Below are positions 1 through 10,776 of a DNA stretch of 64,000 bases, one piece after another. Positions within the stretch are counted from its first letter, which is position 1, and every line of letters starts with the position of its first letter. A program made the translations under genes and the position numbers. This DNA is from an uncultured Methanomassiliicoccales archaeon (GTDB taxonomy: Archaea > Thermoplasmatota > Thermoplasmata > Methanomassiliicoccales > UBA472), in the NCBI GenBank assembly GCA_963695345.1, contig OY968769.1, positions 544,001 through 608,000 on the forward strand, in the 5' to 3' direction. Under the pieces are notes generated by a model, which worked only from the letters and a program-made list of their open reading frames with translations, was not told where the DNA came from and ran no database searches.

Positions 1-1056
1 CCGCCGAGGTCCTGGGTATAGACACCCTGGTCCAGGGCGGTCCTGACGGCCTTGAAGATGACGTCGCCCAGGTCCCTGCGGCCCAGGTTGTCCAGCATCA
101 GCTTGGCGGCCAGTATGGTGGCTATCGGGTTGATCCGGTTCATGCCCTTGTACTTCGGGGCACTGCCATGCACCGGCTCGAACATGGAGATACCGTTGGG
201 GTTGATGTTGCCGCCTGGTGCCAGGCCCAATCCGCCGGTGACCTCGGCGAGCAGGTCGGTGATGATGTCGCCGAACATGTTCGGGGCGGCGATGACCCGG
301 AACTTGTCCGGGTTCTTCACCAGCGCCATGGTCATGGCGTCGACGTACATGTAGCTCAGTTCCACATTGGCCTGCTTGCACTTCTCGGCCCAGACGTCAC
401 GCCACAGGCCGTAGATGTTGCTGCACACGTTCGCCTTGTCGATGACGGTGATCTTCTTCTCACCGATCATCTTGCAGTAGGTCAGATTGAAATCGGCGAA
501 ACGCTCGATGTTCTTGCGGGACATCATCCCGATCTCGAAGGCGAACTCGTCCTTGGCGTCCGCATCGGCCTGGAGCTGCACCCTCATGTCATAGAGGTTC
601 CTCTTGATCTGCAAGTTCAGCTTTCCATGGCCTTCCTGGACCCGGCCGCCGGCTCCGACGTAGTAGTCCTCGGTGTTCTCCCGGAACACGTCGATGTTGA
701 AGTCCATGTCCCGCTTCAGACGGCCGAATGGCTTCCACAGCGGGGCCGGACGGTGGTTGATGAACTGGTCGAACTGGAATCGGAGCGCCAGGAGTATACC
801 TTTCTCCAGGACGCCCGGCTTGACCCGATCGTCGCCGACGGCGCCGAGATAGATGGTGTCGAACTTCTTCAACTGCTCGACGTCCTCGGTGGTGAGCAGC
901 TTGCCCGGTCCGCAGGTATCTCTCGGAGTTGATGTCCATCTCCTGGAAGTCGAACTGCACCGAGTAGTTCTCGGACAGTTTCCGCAGCACCTTCATTCCC
1001 TCGTTCACTACCTCTGGTCCGATGCCATCGCCTGGCAGTACGGCTACTTTGAACAT
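1..1056 (-). CDS. leuB: 3-isopropylmalate dehydrogenase (runs off window edge; frameshift near 915)
   Basis: N-terminus [16 protein letters not shown]; later minus-strand reading gives [10 protein letters not shown] and EPVHGSAP motifs; last gene of the leu cluster. Confidence 0.9.
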
Positions 1057-1544
1057 TTCTTTTCCTCCTTTATCTTGGCCATCAGGCCGCCCTTTTCGAT
1101 CAGGTCCTGCACGAACGGCGGGAATGGATCGAACTTCCACTGTCTGCTTCTGGGTCTCGTTGCTGATCGTCCCGATGATCGAAATCGACCGACAGGATGT
1201 CTCCTTCCTCCGCCTCGATCTTGCATTGGTCACCGGGAGCAGACCCACATTGATGGAGTTTCGGTAGAATATCCTGGCGTAGCTCTCGGCCACGACACAG
1301 GAGATGCCCATCTGCAGCAGCGCCCGGGGGGCGTGCTCACGGCTAGAACCGCTGCCGAAGTTGCGTCCGGCCACGATGACGTCGCCCTTCCTCACCATCT
1401 GTCGCCATGCCCGGCCTTACCTTCTCGAAGGCGAACGTCCCCAGACTTGTCGTTGTTGTCGCTGGTCAGGCGCTCCGCCGGTATTATCTGGTCTGTGTCC
1501 ACGTGATCCCCGAACAGCCAGACCTTGCCTTTGACTTTCTGCAT
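1044..1544 (-). CDS. leuD: 3-isopropylmalate dehydratase small subunit (frameshifted)
   Basis: [21 protein letters not shown]; [13 protein letters not shown]; [16 protein letters not shown]. Confidence 0.9.
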
Positions 1545-1549
1545 ATTGA

Positions 1550-2820
1550 TCACTCATCCTTGACATCTGAGGGCAGGGATATCTTCCCGGTCAGCGCGCT
1601 GGCCGCTACCACGGCCGGTCCGGCGAGATATACCTCGGACTCCTTGTGGCCCATGCGGCCGATGAAGTTGCGGTTGGTGGTGCTGACGCACCTCTCACCC
1701 TTTGCCAGTACTCCCATGTGCCCGCCCAGGCAGGCGGCGCAGGTCGGTCCGGAGACGAATGCGCCGGCGTCCACGAATACCTTCAGCAGTCCCTCTTCCA
1801 TCGCCTGCTTGAACACCTTGACGCTGGCGGGTACGACGATCATGCGTACCCCGGCTTTGACCTTCCTGCCCTTCATTATCTCGGCGGCGATCCTCAGGTC
1901 CTCGATCCTCCCGTTGGTGCATGAGCCCAGGAAGGCCTGGTCGATCGTCCACGTCGACATCCTTGACCAGCCTACCGTTGGAGGGCAGGTGGGGCAGGGC
2001 GACCATCGGTTCCAGTTTCGAAAGGTCATATTCCAGCGTCCGCGAGTATTTGGCCCCGTCGTCGGCGTACACCGCCTTGAAACCTTCCCGGCGGGAAGCC
2101 TTCATGAACGCGATGGTGGCGGCGTCGCAGGGGAATATCCCGGCCTTCCCGCCCGCCTCGATGGCCATGTTGCATATCGTCATGCGGTCCGAGACGCTGA
2201 CCGCGGATATCCCGGAACCTCCGAACTCCAACGTCTTGTAGGTCGCCCCGTCCACCCCGATGTCGGATATGATCTTCAGTATCAGGTCCTTGCCGCCAAC
2301 GTACTGGTTGAAACGACCCTTGAGCAGGATGTGCACCGATTCCGGCACCTTGAACCACAGCCTTGCCGGTGGCGAACACCGCCGCCGCCTCGCTCGAACC
2401 CACCCCGGTGGAGAAGGCGTTCAGCGCCCCGTAGGTGCAGGTGTGGGAATCGGCCCCGACGATCAGGCGGCCGGGGGCGGCGAACCCTTCGTCCACCATC
2501 ACCTGGTGGCATACGCCGCCCCGTCCGACCTCGTAGTAGTTGTCTATCCTCCATTTCTGGGCGAACTCGCGCATCTCCTTGGCCTGCTGGGCCGAGGCGA
2601 TGTCCTTGTTCGGGACGAAGTGGTCCGGGATAAGCACGATCTTTTCCCGCATCGGCTCGCAGCCCAGTCCCTCGAACTCCTGGAAGGCCAGGGGACCGGT
2701 CACGTCGTTGACCATGACGTAGTCCACGTCCGCCTCTACGATCTCGCCCGCGTGGGCGTCCGTCCCGGACTTCAAGGACATTATCTTCTCTGAAATGGTC
2801 TTCGGATCCTTGCCGCTCAT
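1550..2820 (-). CDS. leuC: 3-isopropylmalate dehydratase large subunit (2 frameshifts)
   Basis: [34 protein letters not shown] and [12 protein letters not shown] spread over three ORF fragments. Confidence 0.92.
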
Positions 2821-2833
2821 CTTGTTTCCTCCA

Positions 2834-4439
2834 TCATGCGCCCTTGCGGGCATAAAGCCGGTCTATGGCCTCCATGGTGGCCTCGACCGATGTGAGTACG
2901 ATGTCCGTTCCGATGCTCTTGCCGATGGACATGATACTTCCCTCCCCGTTCATCCTCAGCTTCACGGTCACCTCGCACAGCGAGTCGCTCCCTCCGGTGA
3001 TGGCGCTGAGACGGTACTCGACCAGGGTCAGTTTGTCGCTGACGGCGCTCTTTATGGCGTTCAGCGCGGCGTCCACCGGTCCGATGCCGATGTTGGAGCT
3101 CCTGCGAATGTCCCCGTCGATGTCGATCACGACCGTCGATGTGGGGGTGATGTTCATCCCGGTAAGCACGGTGAACTCCTTGAGCTTTATCTTGTGCTCA
3201 TCCCTCGGCCGGTCTGACCGAGGATGTGCGATGCCAGCGCCACCAGTTCGGCGTCATCCACGTTCTTACCGCTCTCGGCCAGCTTCTTTACCTTGTCTAC
3301 CACCTCGGCGACCTTTTCGTCCGAGATGTCGATGCCGTACTCCTTGAGCTTCTGCTTGATCGAGTGGGCCCCGCTGTGCTTCCCCAGCACTATGGTGCGC
3401 TGCATCCCGACCAGCTCCGGGCTGAACGCCTCGTAGGTGGAAGGGTCCTTGAGCACGCCATGCACATGTATCCCGGACTCGTGGGCGAAGGCGTTGTTCC
3501 CGACTATGGGCTTGTTGTCCGGGACTGGGATGCCAGTGATCCGGGAGACCAGCTTGGACGTGTATCCGATGCGCTTGGTGTCGACGTTCGTCGGAACGTT
3601 GTAGAAGGCCATCAGGCCGAGGACGACCTCCTCCAGGGCGGCGTTGCCCGCCCTTTCCCCCAGTCCGTTTACGCATACGTGCACCTGCCTGGCGCCCTGA
3701 CGCACCGCGGCCAGGGAGTTCGCTACTGCCAGGCCGAAGTCGTCATGGCAATGGATGGCCAGGGGCACCTTGGTGAACTTCATCACCTCGCGACACCAGG
3801 TATTCCATGGCCGACGGGGACATCGTGCCGACGGTGTCCGGCAGGTTGATCTTGTCCACGCCGGCCTCCTGCACGGCGATGTGCATCTGCTTGAGGAAAT
3901 CCAGGTCCGTCCTGGTCCCGTCCTCGCATGACATCTCCACGGTCAGACCGTGGGACTTGGCATACTCGACCGTCTCCACCGCCCTGGCCAGCACCTGCTC
4001 CCGGGTCATCTTGAGCTTGTGCTTCAGGTGGATGTCGGATGTGGCGATGAAGGTGTGCACGTAGTCGAGCCCGCAGTCCAGTACCGAATCGATGTCGGCC
4101 TTGGTAGATCGGGCCAGGCCGCATACCCGAGCGTTCGAGCTTGAGGGCCGCGATCTTCTTTATCGCCTCCCGTTCCCCGGCCGAGGTTATCGGGAATCCT
4201 GCCTCTATGACGTCGACCCCGAGGTCGCTCAGCGCCGAAGCTATCTTCACCTTGTCTTCGATCGAGAGCGCGATGCCCGGGGTCTGTTCTCCGTCCCGGA
4301 GGGTGGTGTCGAAGATCAGGACCTTCTTCGGCAACGAACCGGACAGTGCAAAGCTGTTGAACTGGCTGGTGTATATGCTCTTCCGGTATTCCTTGTTGTC
4401 TTCCGAGTTCTGACTATCGTTCGTTCGAAGGTCGTCCAT
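2834..4439 (-). CDS. leuA: 2-isopropylmalate synthase / citramalate synthase family (frameshifted)
   Basis: [44 protein letters not shown] and C-terminal regulatory domain GIGPVDA; SD GAGGTGG before the ATG. Confidence 0.85.
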
Positions 4440-4481
4440 TATAACCACCTCTGAAGGATTGGGTCGCAGCAATGGGTCGCA

Positions 4482-4526
4482 CTAGAGACGCAAAAGACAG
4501 TAGATACTGTTGTTGATAGCGCTCAT
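4482..4526 (-). CDS. Putative leu leader peptide MSAINNSIYCLLRL (14 aa, amber stop)
   Basis: Read by hand: ATG..TGT CTT TTG CGT CTC TAG; purine-rich AGGTAAGGA upstream; lies between the TATA box and leuA. Confidence 0.6.
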   Translation of the reverse strand: MSAINNSIYCLLRL

Positions 4527-4564
4527 TACTGTTCCTTACCTTTCGGGATAGTCAGTAACCTTCG

Positions 4565-4577
4565 TATTATATATAAT
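4565..4577 (-). promoter_or_regulatory. TATA box of leu operon
   Basis: ATTATATATAATA about 40 nt upstream of the leader ATG. Confidence 0.6.
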
Positions 4578-4681
4578 TCTTGTCGGACAAAAAATGGCAC
4601 CGGATCTAGCGCCCGATGGCACGTACTCTGTCCTCGTACCATATTTGGAAGCGGCGAGGTTCCGGCAATAGGAGGTACGGC

Positions 4682-5311
4682 TCAGACTCCCCGCCTGTCG
4701 CCCCAGATCAGCTTGTGCAGCTGCGGCAGGACCCTCACGTTCAGCTTCTTCTTGAGCACGAAATCGGCGACCGGTTCGAGGTCCAATCCCCCCACCGGTG
4801 TGAAGATGACGGTGCATTCGATCTTGTTGTCCTTCAACATCTTGGCCGCGTACATCATGTCTTCCCGGTTGGCCACGACGAACTTCAGCTGGTCGAGGGG
4901 GGATAGGAGTTCCAGATTGGTCAGGTCCATCTGTTCCGCCATTCCCGACGACGGGCATTTGATGTCCATGCTGATCATCATGTTCATCGAGCAGGGCAGG
5001 TCCTCGAGCGAGATCGAACCGTTCGTCTCCACCGAAACATGATGCCCGGCCTTTAGCAGCTCGTCGATGAGTTTCACCGATTCCTTCTGATACAGAGGTT
5101 CCCCGCCGGTCACGCAGACATGGTGGATCTCGAATTCCTTGACCCTGTCCAGTATTTCGGCTACGGACATCTCATCCCCATCCTTCTTGGAATAGGGGGT
5201 GTCGCACCACGCACATTCGAGATTGCAGCCAGCGGTCCGCACGAATACCGTCGGTGTGCCTATCAGCGTGCCTTCGCCCTGAAGCGAACGGAAAATCTCA
5301 CATATTTTCAT
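4682..5311 (-). CDS. queE: 7-carboxy-7-deazaguanine synthase (radical SAM)
   Basis: EIFRSLQGEG, CNLECAWCDT, TGGEP, ETNG, PQLHK. Confidence 0.92.
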   Translation of the reverse strand: MKICEIFRSLQGEGTLIGTPTVFVRTAGCNLECAWCDTPYSKKDGDEMSVAEILDRVKEFEIHHVCVTGGEPLYQKESVKLIDELLKAGHHVSVETNGSISLEDLPCSMNMMISMDIKCPSSGMAEQMDLTNLELLSPLDQLKFVVANREDMMYAAKMLKDNKIECTVIFTPVGGLDLEPVADFVLKKKLNVRVLPQLHKLIWGDRRGV

Positions 5312-5317
5312 GAATGA

Positions 5318-5994
5318 TCACTCGTAATCGATCTCGTCCTTGAATCCGGCATCCTCGAAGCCCTTGAGCCTGAGGAGGCAGGAATCGCACCTGCCGCATG
5401 CCTTTTCCCCGCCCTGGTAGCAGCTCCAGGTCAAGTGCAGCGGTGCATTCGAGCTTCTTGCCCAGTCGGACGATTTCCGCCTTGGTCGAACGCAATATCG
5501 GATGCTCGATCGATCGTCGGAAAGCCCTCGACGCCCGCCTTGGTCCCGACCTTGAGGACCGTTCTCGAAGGCCCGGAAGAACTCCGGCCGGCAGTCCGGG
5601 TAGCCGGAATAGTCGATGGCGTTAGCGCCGATGAATATCCTGTCCGCGTCCACGCTCTCCGCCAGACCGGCCGCGATGCTCAGGAAGATTATGTTCCTCG
5701 CCGGAACATAGGTTACCGGAATGTCGTAACCGATATCCGCCGGTCGAACCTCTTTCCGGGACCGTGATGTCGCTTCTGGTCAGCGCGCTGCGGAAACTGC
5801 TCAGGTCGAGGTCCAGGACCACGTGGTGCTTCAGACCGTAGTGCTTGACCACCGCCCTGGCCGCATCCAGTTCCCGTACATGCCTCTGGCCATAACTGAT
5901 GGTCAAGGGGACGACGTCATATCCTTCCGAGAGGGCATATGCCAGCGTCACCGTGGAATCCAGCCCGCCGGACAGCAAGTGAGACCGCTTTCAT
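5318..5994 (-). CDS. queC: 7-cyano-7-deazaguanine synthase (frameshifted)
   Basis: LSGGLDS, DYSGYPDCRPEF, TWSCY..CGRCDSC. Confidence 0.92.
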
Positions 5995-6487
5995 TTAGTA
6001 TCACCGAGAAATCGTGTGTGGCCCAGGCGCTCTGCCCCAGTTCCTCGTCTATGCCCACCTCGAGGCGGGAGACGTTCTCCGGGAAATCGACCTGTTCCAG
6101 CAATCGTAACAAGAACAGACGTGACAGCTCTTCCGCGCTGGACTCCTCCGTGTCCAGCAGGACGACGTCCTCGGCCGGGAAAACATATCGTCTTGTGGTC
6201 CGCCTTGACGAAGACCTCGTCGCCCGACGGAGACGGTGATCCGCTTCGAGTTCGCCGGTATCAGTACACGATGGTCCAGATCGTCGGCTATGTTCGCGGA
6301 GGGCCTTCTTCAGCGGAACGAAGTCCATGACCATTCCGTGCTCGCCGATGGAGCCGTGCAGCTTGATGCTGACGACGTATGAGTGCCCGTGGAGCCGACC
6401 GCATTTCTCGTGACCGGCTATGAAATGGCAGGCGGAGAACTTGACGCCCGCGTGCTCACCATCTATCTCGAGACGCATTTTATCCAT
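5995..6487 (-). CDS. queD: 6-carboxytetrahydropterin synthase (frameshifted)
   Basis: FSACHF..KCGRLHGHSY, GMVMDF, SAEELS. Confidence 0.88.
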
Positions 6488-6508
6488 TCTCTATTCCCTC
6501 CTTGCCTA

Positions 6509-7332
6509 TTAGCCTTTTCTTGTCCGCCGCGCGCCCACCGGGATTACCGCCAGGATGTCCTGCGCTTGGCCGACGGGTCGCCAAGCAATGCCGATGCCAG
6601 CGCGATGGAGTCCACGAAGGACACCTTCGCCCGGGAGGTGTCGACGAACACCTTGTCCAGGTTGACGATAGGCGCCCCCATCGACCTGCCGCCGTCCACC
6701 AGGTGCATGGTCCTGAAGATCAGATTGCCGGAGATGCCGTCCGGCGCGATGAGGAAGTTCTTGTTCTTGACCGCCTCTTCGATCAATGATCTCGCAGTGG
6801 ACTACGTCGAGGCCCTGGGCCCGGCCGATCCTGGCGACCTCCTCCGCGTCATCGATGGAACGGTCCACCATCGGCGACCTTCCCTTGTCCGATATCCTGC
6901 CTCCGGACATCACACCTATTGCCGGAACGATCCCCATCCTGCGGATCATCTTGGAGCCCAACTGCATGATCTCGACCTTCTGCTCGACGGTCCATCCCTC
7001 GTCCACCCCGACCGGGGCCAGGAAGAAGATGGAACCGCCCCGGGGCTGCATCAACGCCACCCGCAGCACATGGTCCAGACCGAAGCTCCTCTTCACCGCG
7101 GACATGGCCTCCTTGGAGTCCAGCGTGCCCCTGACGGCGGCATCGATCTCCCCTTTCTTCAAGGCCGAGCACGAGCTCCTCCGCATCGTCGAACATGCGT
7201 TGAGACGCCATACCCGCTGGCGTTGGCGATGGTAACACTGGATTCGACAGTTCTCTTCGCTGAACCTGCTCCGATGCCGATCTTCCGCTCAGTGCTTTTG
7301 GCGACCTTGAAAATGAGCTCGGGATTGACCAT
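6509..7332 (-). CDS. mtxX: Methanogenesis marker 4 / MtxX-family protein (frameshifted)
   Basis: IDAAVRGTL, FFLAPVGVDEG, MSGGRISDKGRS, APDGISGNLIFRT, FVDTSR. Confidence 0.85.
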
Positions 7333-7411
7333 GACAGAAGGTCGATGCCTCTGGCACTATTCGATTATTTTGGTTTGGCAATGGCCTTGATGGTAACAAG
7401 CAGGGAGGACA

Positions 7412-8400
7412 TCATCCCAGGATGGTGTCCATCCGATACTGTTCCCAGGTCCGTTCTCCCAGTACGATCTCCAGTTCCATCGGGTGTGATGATCGGTTTC
7501 GGATAGCGGAGGTAGTCGTCGATGGCCAGACGAGGACAGGCGGTGGAGACGTATACGTCGGCGTGGTATGGCAGCAGATAGTCGGGACGCACCTCGTTCA
7601 TGACCACGATGTTCGAACCGAAGCCTTTGGCCCGAAGCTTGTCGCTGATGTCCAGCGCCATCGACAATCGGTTCTGGCCCATCTTCGATGAGACGATTAT
7701 GAGGTACTCCTTGGCATCATGGCACCGGGCGATCGCCCCATGGCGTTGCCGCAGTATCTTGTCCTTCAATCCTTCCAGCTCCCGGACCTCGTTCATTATC
7801 GGATCGAGGACTATGACCTGCTTGTTGGTCTCGATGGCCACTTCCAGCGGATGAAAGTTCCCGCTGCCGATGTAGAGGTACTGTTCGACCTCGTGGTCTA
7901 TGTTCGTGGCCGCGGTGACGTTGCATCCGAGCACCTGTCCCTCCCGGTTAAGCCGGCTGTCCCCCATACCAACCTTGACCGTCTTGCCGTGTTCGATGAG
8001 CCAGCGTGTCGCCTCCGGCACCTGCCTGCAGATGCTGGATGGTTGTGAATATGCCTATGCGGTCCTTGAGCCTGGGTTCGGCCTTCTCCAGCAGATCGGT
8101 GACGTTGAAGTCGAAGCCGACCTCGATGAACAGCACCCGGTCGCCGATGTTCATGGACGGTATCTCGGCATGGCCGATGTGGACCAGGACGTCGCCCAGG
8201 TTACGGTAGTCGGAGTAGACGTCACAGGCCCCGTAGCATGGGTCCCCGAGGATCAGGCACTTGGCCTTGGTCCTTGACTCGATCTCGGAGGCTATCTGCT
8301 GGGCGTAGACCTTTAGGCCCTCGGGCATCTGAAGAACGACTGACCTTGCGCCCTTTCGGGTCACGAACTTGACGATGTCGTCAAAATGAAAATCGTACAT
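7412..8400 (-). CDS. dph2: Diphthamide biosynthesis enzyme Dph2 (frameshifted)
   Basis: LQMPEGLK, DPCYGACD, HIGH, GQVLGC, TACPRLAIDD. Confidence 0.92.
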
Positions 8401-8442
8401 GGGGCGCTCCTGTTCAGAAAGAGGAGCACCCATTAAAAAGGT

Positions 8443-8961
8443 TTAGTGGATGATCACACCGTTCTGCTCGATGTGCATATAGGTCGGGGTGGGCAGCTTG
8501 ATCGAAGCGCTCCACAACGCATCCTTGGCGGCCGTGAGCGAGGTTATCGGAACCCTCACGATCATCAGGATGTCGCCGGCCTGCACACGGGCAGCGGTAC
8601 CGACCGCCTTTCCGAAAGCCGCCCTCATACCGCTCGAGACACGGTCCGCGCCTGCCCCGGTGGCGAGCTTGTTCTCGCGGAGCACATGGTGCGGGTACGG
8701 CCTTATCTTCAAATGGTATCCGGTGGCACCTGCGTTCTTGGTCAGCATCCTGTTGGCCGAGATACGGGCCGCCTCTAGCGAGGTATGCCTGATCTGGCAG
8801 GGCTCCTTGGCCTTCAGTTCGATAGTTACAGCGAAGTCACCGTTCGGGACTCCCAAGTCATAGGTATTGATACGGTTGGCAGGAACTCCACCCATGTATT
8901 CCCTGCGGCAGTATGCCTGACCTCTTATCTGACGGTACATCCTTCCGGGCTTGCGTGCCAT
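8443..8961 (-). CDS. rpl10e: 50S ribosomal protein uL16 (L10e)
   Basis: MARKPGRMYR, YPHHVLRENK, GMRAAFGK. Confidence 0.96.
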   Translation of the reverse strand: MARKPGRMYRQIRGQAYCRREYMGGVPANRINTYDLGVPNGDFAVTIELKAKEPCQIRHTSLEAARISANRMLTKNAGATGYHLKIRPYPHHVLRENKLATGAGADRVSSGMRAAFGKAVGTAARVQAGDILMIVRVPITSLTAAKDALWSASIKLPTPTYMHIEQNGVIIH

Positions 8962-9145
8962 GATTAATCACCTAAATACAGTTATAACGACGGGAAGGCT
9001 AGATTAGTGTTTTCCTATATAAGATTGATGTAATGGGAACCTGCCAGTTGACCGGAGCCCTTCGATTCTGGCGCGGGCCCACATATTACCAGAAATCCGA
9101 AAAGCATCGCAACATCAATATCCTTTCGGCGACGAATGTGCACTC

Positions 9146-9610
9146 ATGGAGACCATGCTGATGATCGGAGGGGCCGACCTCCTTCCCCGGATAGAACCGC
9201 TCTGGTGCGAGCTCAGAGACCTGCATTCCTCAAAATCCGCCCATTTCTCAGACAGGGCAATGGACATGGAATTCGAATCCCGAAGACTGGATCTGTTGGA
9301 GAAATCTGTTGGGGGCCATATCCTGGTCCAGATCATGTGCCTCAATGGCGAATCAGAGACTAAGGATGTTGGCTATTGCATTTCCACCGTCGGCCTCAAC
9401 GGAATAGCGGAGATCGATTCGATCTACGTGGCGGAAGGATACCGGAACAACGGCCTGGGAGGAAAATTGATCAAAGGGGCGATGGAATGGATCGATGAAC
9501 ATGACATCAAGGAGGTCCGGTCCTCGGTCGAGTGGGGCAATGAGGATGTTCTGCCGTTCTATAAACGATACGGGTTGTATCCGAAGAGCATAGTGCTTCT
9601 GAGGAGATGA
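9146..9610 (+). CDS. GNAT-family N-acetyltransferase
   Basis: EIDSIYVAEGYRNNGLG motif A; N..LPFYKRYG motif B. Confidence 0.85.
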   Translation: METMLMIGGADLLPRIEPLWCELRDLHSSKSAHFSDRAMDMEFESRRLDLLEKSVGGHILVQIMCLNGESETKDVGYCISTVGLNGIAEIDSIYVAEGYRNNGLGGKLIKGAMEWIDEHDIKEVRSSVEWGNEDVLPFYKRYGLYPKSIVLLRR

Positions 9611-9722
9611 CCGCTTTCTGCGCAGAGTTCCCTATGAACTGCAAGGGACGGCTCTTCTTGAACAGAAGAACATTATCTCACGGTCCATCTTCCGGCCAAT
9701 AGACCACTATCGCCTTTGTCGC

Positions 9723-9866
9723 CTACCTGAACCTCAGTATCCCCATGAGAACCAGGACTATGATTGCCAGTATGACTGCCCCCAGAAGGCCGAATATAAA
9801 CCATCCGATGATGAACGCTATCACCGAACCAAGCCCGATAGCCCCCCAATTCATTGAGATTGCCAT
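9723..9866 (-). CDS. 47-aa hydrophobic microprotein (below ORF-track cutoff)
   Basis: MAISMNWGAIGLGSVIAFIIGWFIFGLLGAVILAIIVLVLMGILRFR; SD GGAGATGA; TTTATAAA at 9901-9908. Confidence 0.7.
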   Translation of the reverse strand: MAISMNWGAIGLGSVIAFIIGWFIFGLLGAVILAIIVLVLMGILRFR

Positions 9867-10148
9867 TTCTTCATCTCCGGTCATCGGTGGTTGCCCTAAC
9901 TTTATAAATTTGCCCCCACGTTAGTGACGGCCCTAATTAATTTTCATGTCGTATTATAATAATATGATGCACAATTGGAGTAGAGCTAGAATCTTATCCA
10001 TTTCTACTGTCGGAACAAATGATGTATTCATCTTGAGAAGCCCCCGCCATCATGATCGTGGTATGCAAGGCCCTACTCGCCAGCGATTTAGGGCGAGGGA
10101 AAGCTATTTGACCGGCATACACTTTCGAGGCGTTTGAAGTGAATCATA

Positions 10149-10493
10149 GTGGGCAAGAGACGCATTAGTAACAAGGAAGTGAGAGGGATCGCCAAGAAGC
10201 GCATAATGATCCTGATGTCTCTGGCCCGCATCGCCGCCATCAACGGCAACATCCCCCGCGGCAGGCGATATGTCGAGCTTGCCAGGAAGATAGCCATGCG
10301 CTCGAAGGTCCAGATGCCGAGGAACGAGCTTTGGTGCAAAGAGTGCTATCTGCCGCTCATACCTGGCCGCAACTGCCGCGTCCGCCTTCGCGACCAGCGC
10401 ATTGTCGTTCATTGCCTGGGGTGCAATCATATAAGGCGAATGCCATACATCAAAGAGAAGAAGGAGACCAAGCGATGCCCAAGCGCACCATAA
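10149..10493 (+). CDS. rnp4: Ribonuclease P protein component 4 (Rpp21)
   Basis: RRYVELARKI, CKEC..PG..RVR..CLGC zinc ribbon. Confidence 0.9.
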   Translation: MGKRRISNKEVRGIAKKRIMILMSLARIAAINGNIPRGRRYVELARKIAMRSKVQMPRNELWCKECYLPLIPGRNCRVRLRDQRIVVHCLGCNHIRRMPYIKEKKETKRCPSAP

Positions 10494-10765
10494 AGGAGAT
10501 TAAGCGAATAGGCGCGGACCTCAAGCCGACGATCCATGTCGGAAAGGACGGGGTCACCGACAGCCTGATCGAGGAGGTCAAGCTCCAGGTGAAGACCAGG
10601 AAGGTCGTGAAGATCCGGTTACTGCCCGCTTCCGGAGAAGAGAAGGATGTCATCGCTAAGGATATCTCAGAACGTTCGGGGGCCGTCCTGGTGGACGTCC
10701 GGGGCTCGATCGTTCTATTGACCCAGCAGGATTTCCTGAACGGGAAGGGTTACATAGACCTCTAG
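10475..10765 (+). CDS. yhbY: YhbY/CRM RNA-binding protein
   Basis: LKPTIHVGKDGVT..VKIR. Confidence 0.88.
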   Translation: MPKRTIKEIKRIGADLKPTIHVGKDGVTDSLIEEVKLQVKTRKVVKIRLLPASGEEKDVIAKDISERSGAVLVDVRGSIVLLTQQDFLNGKGYIDL

Positions 10766-10776
10766 GAAGGATTCAG

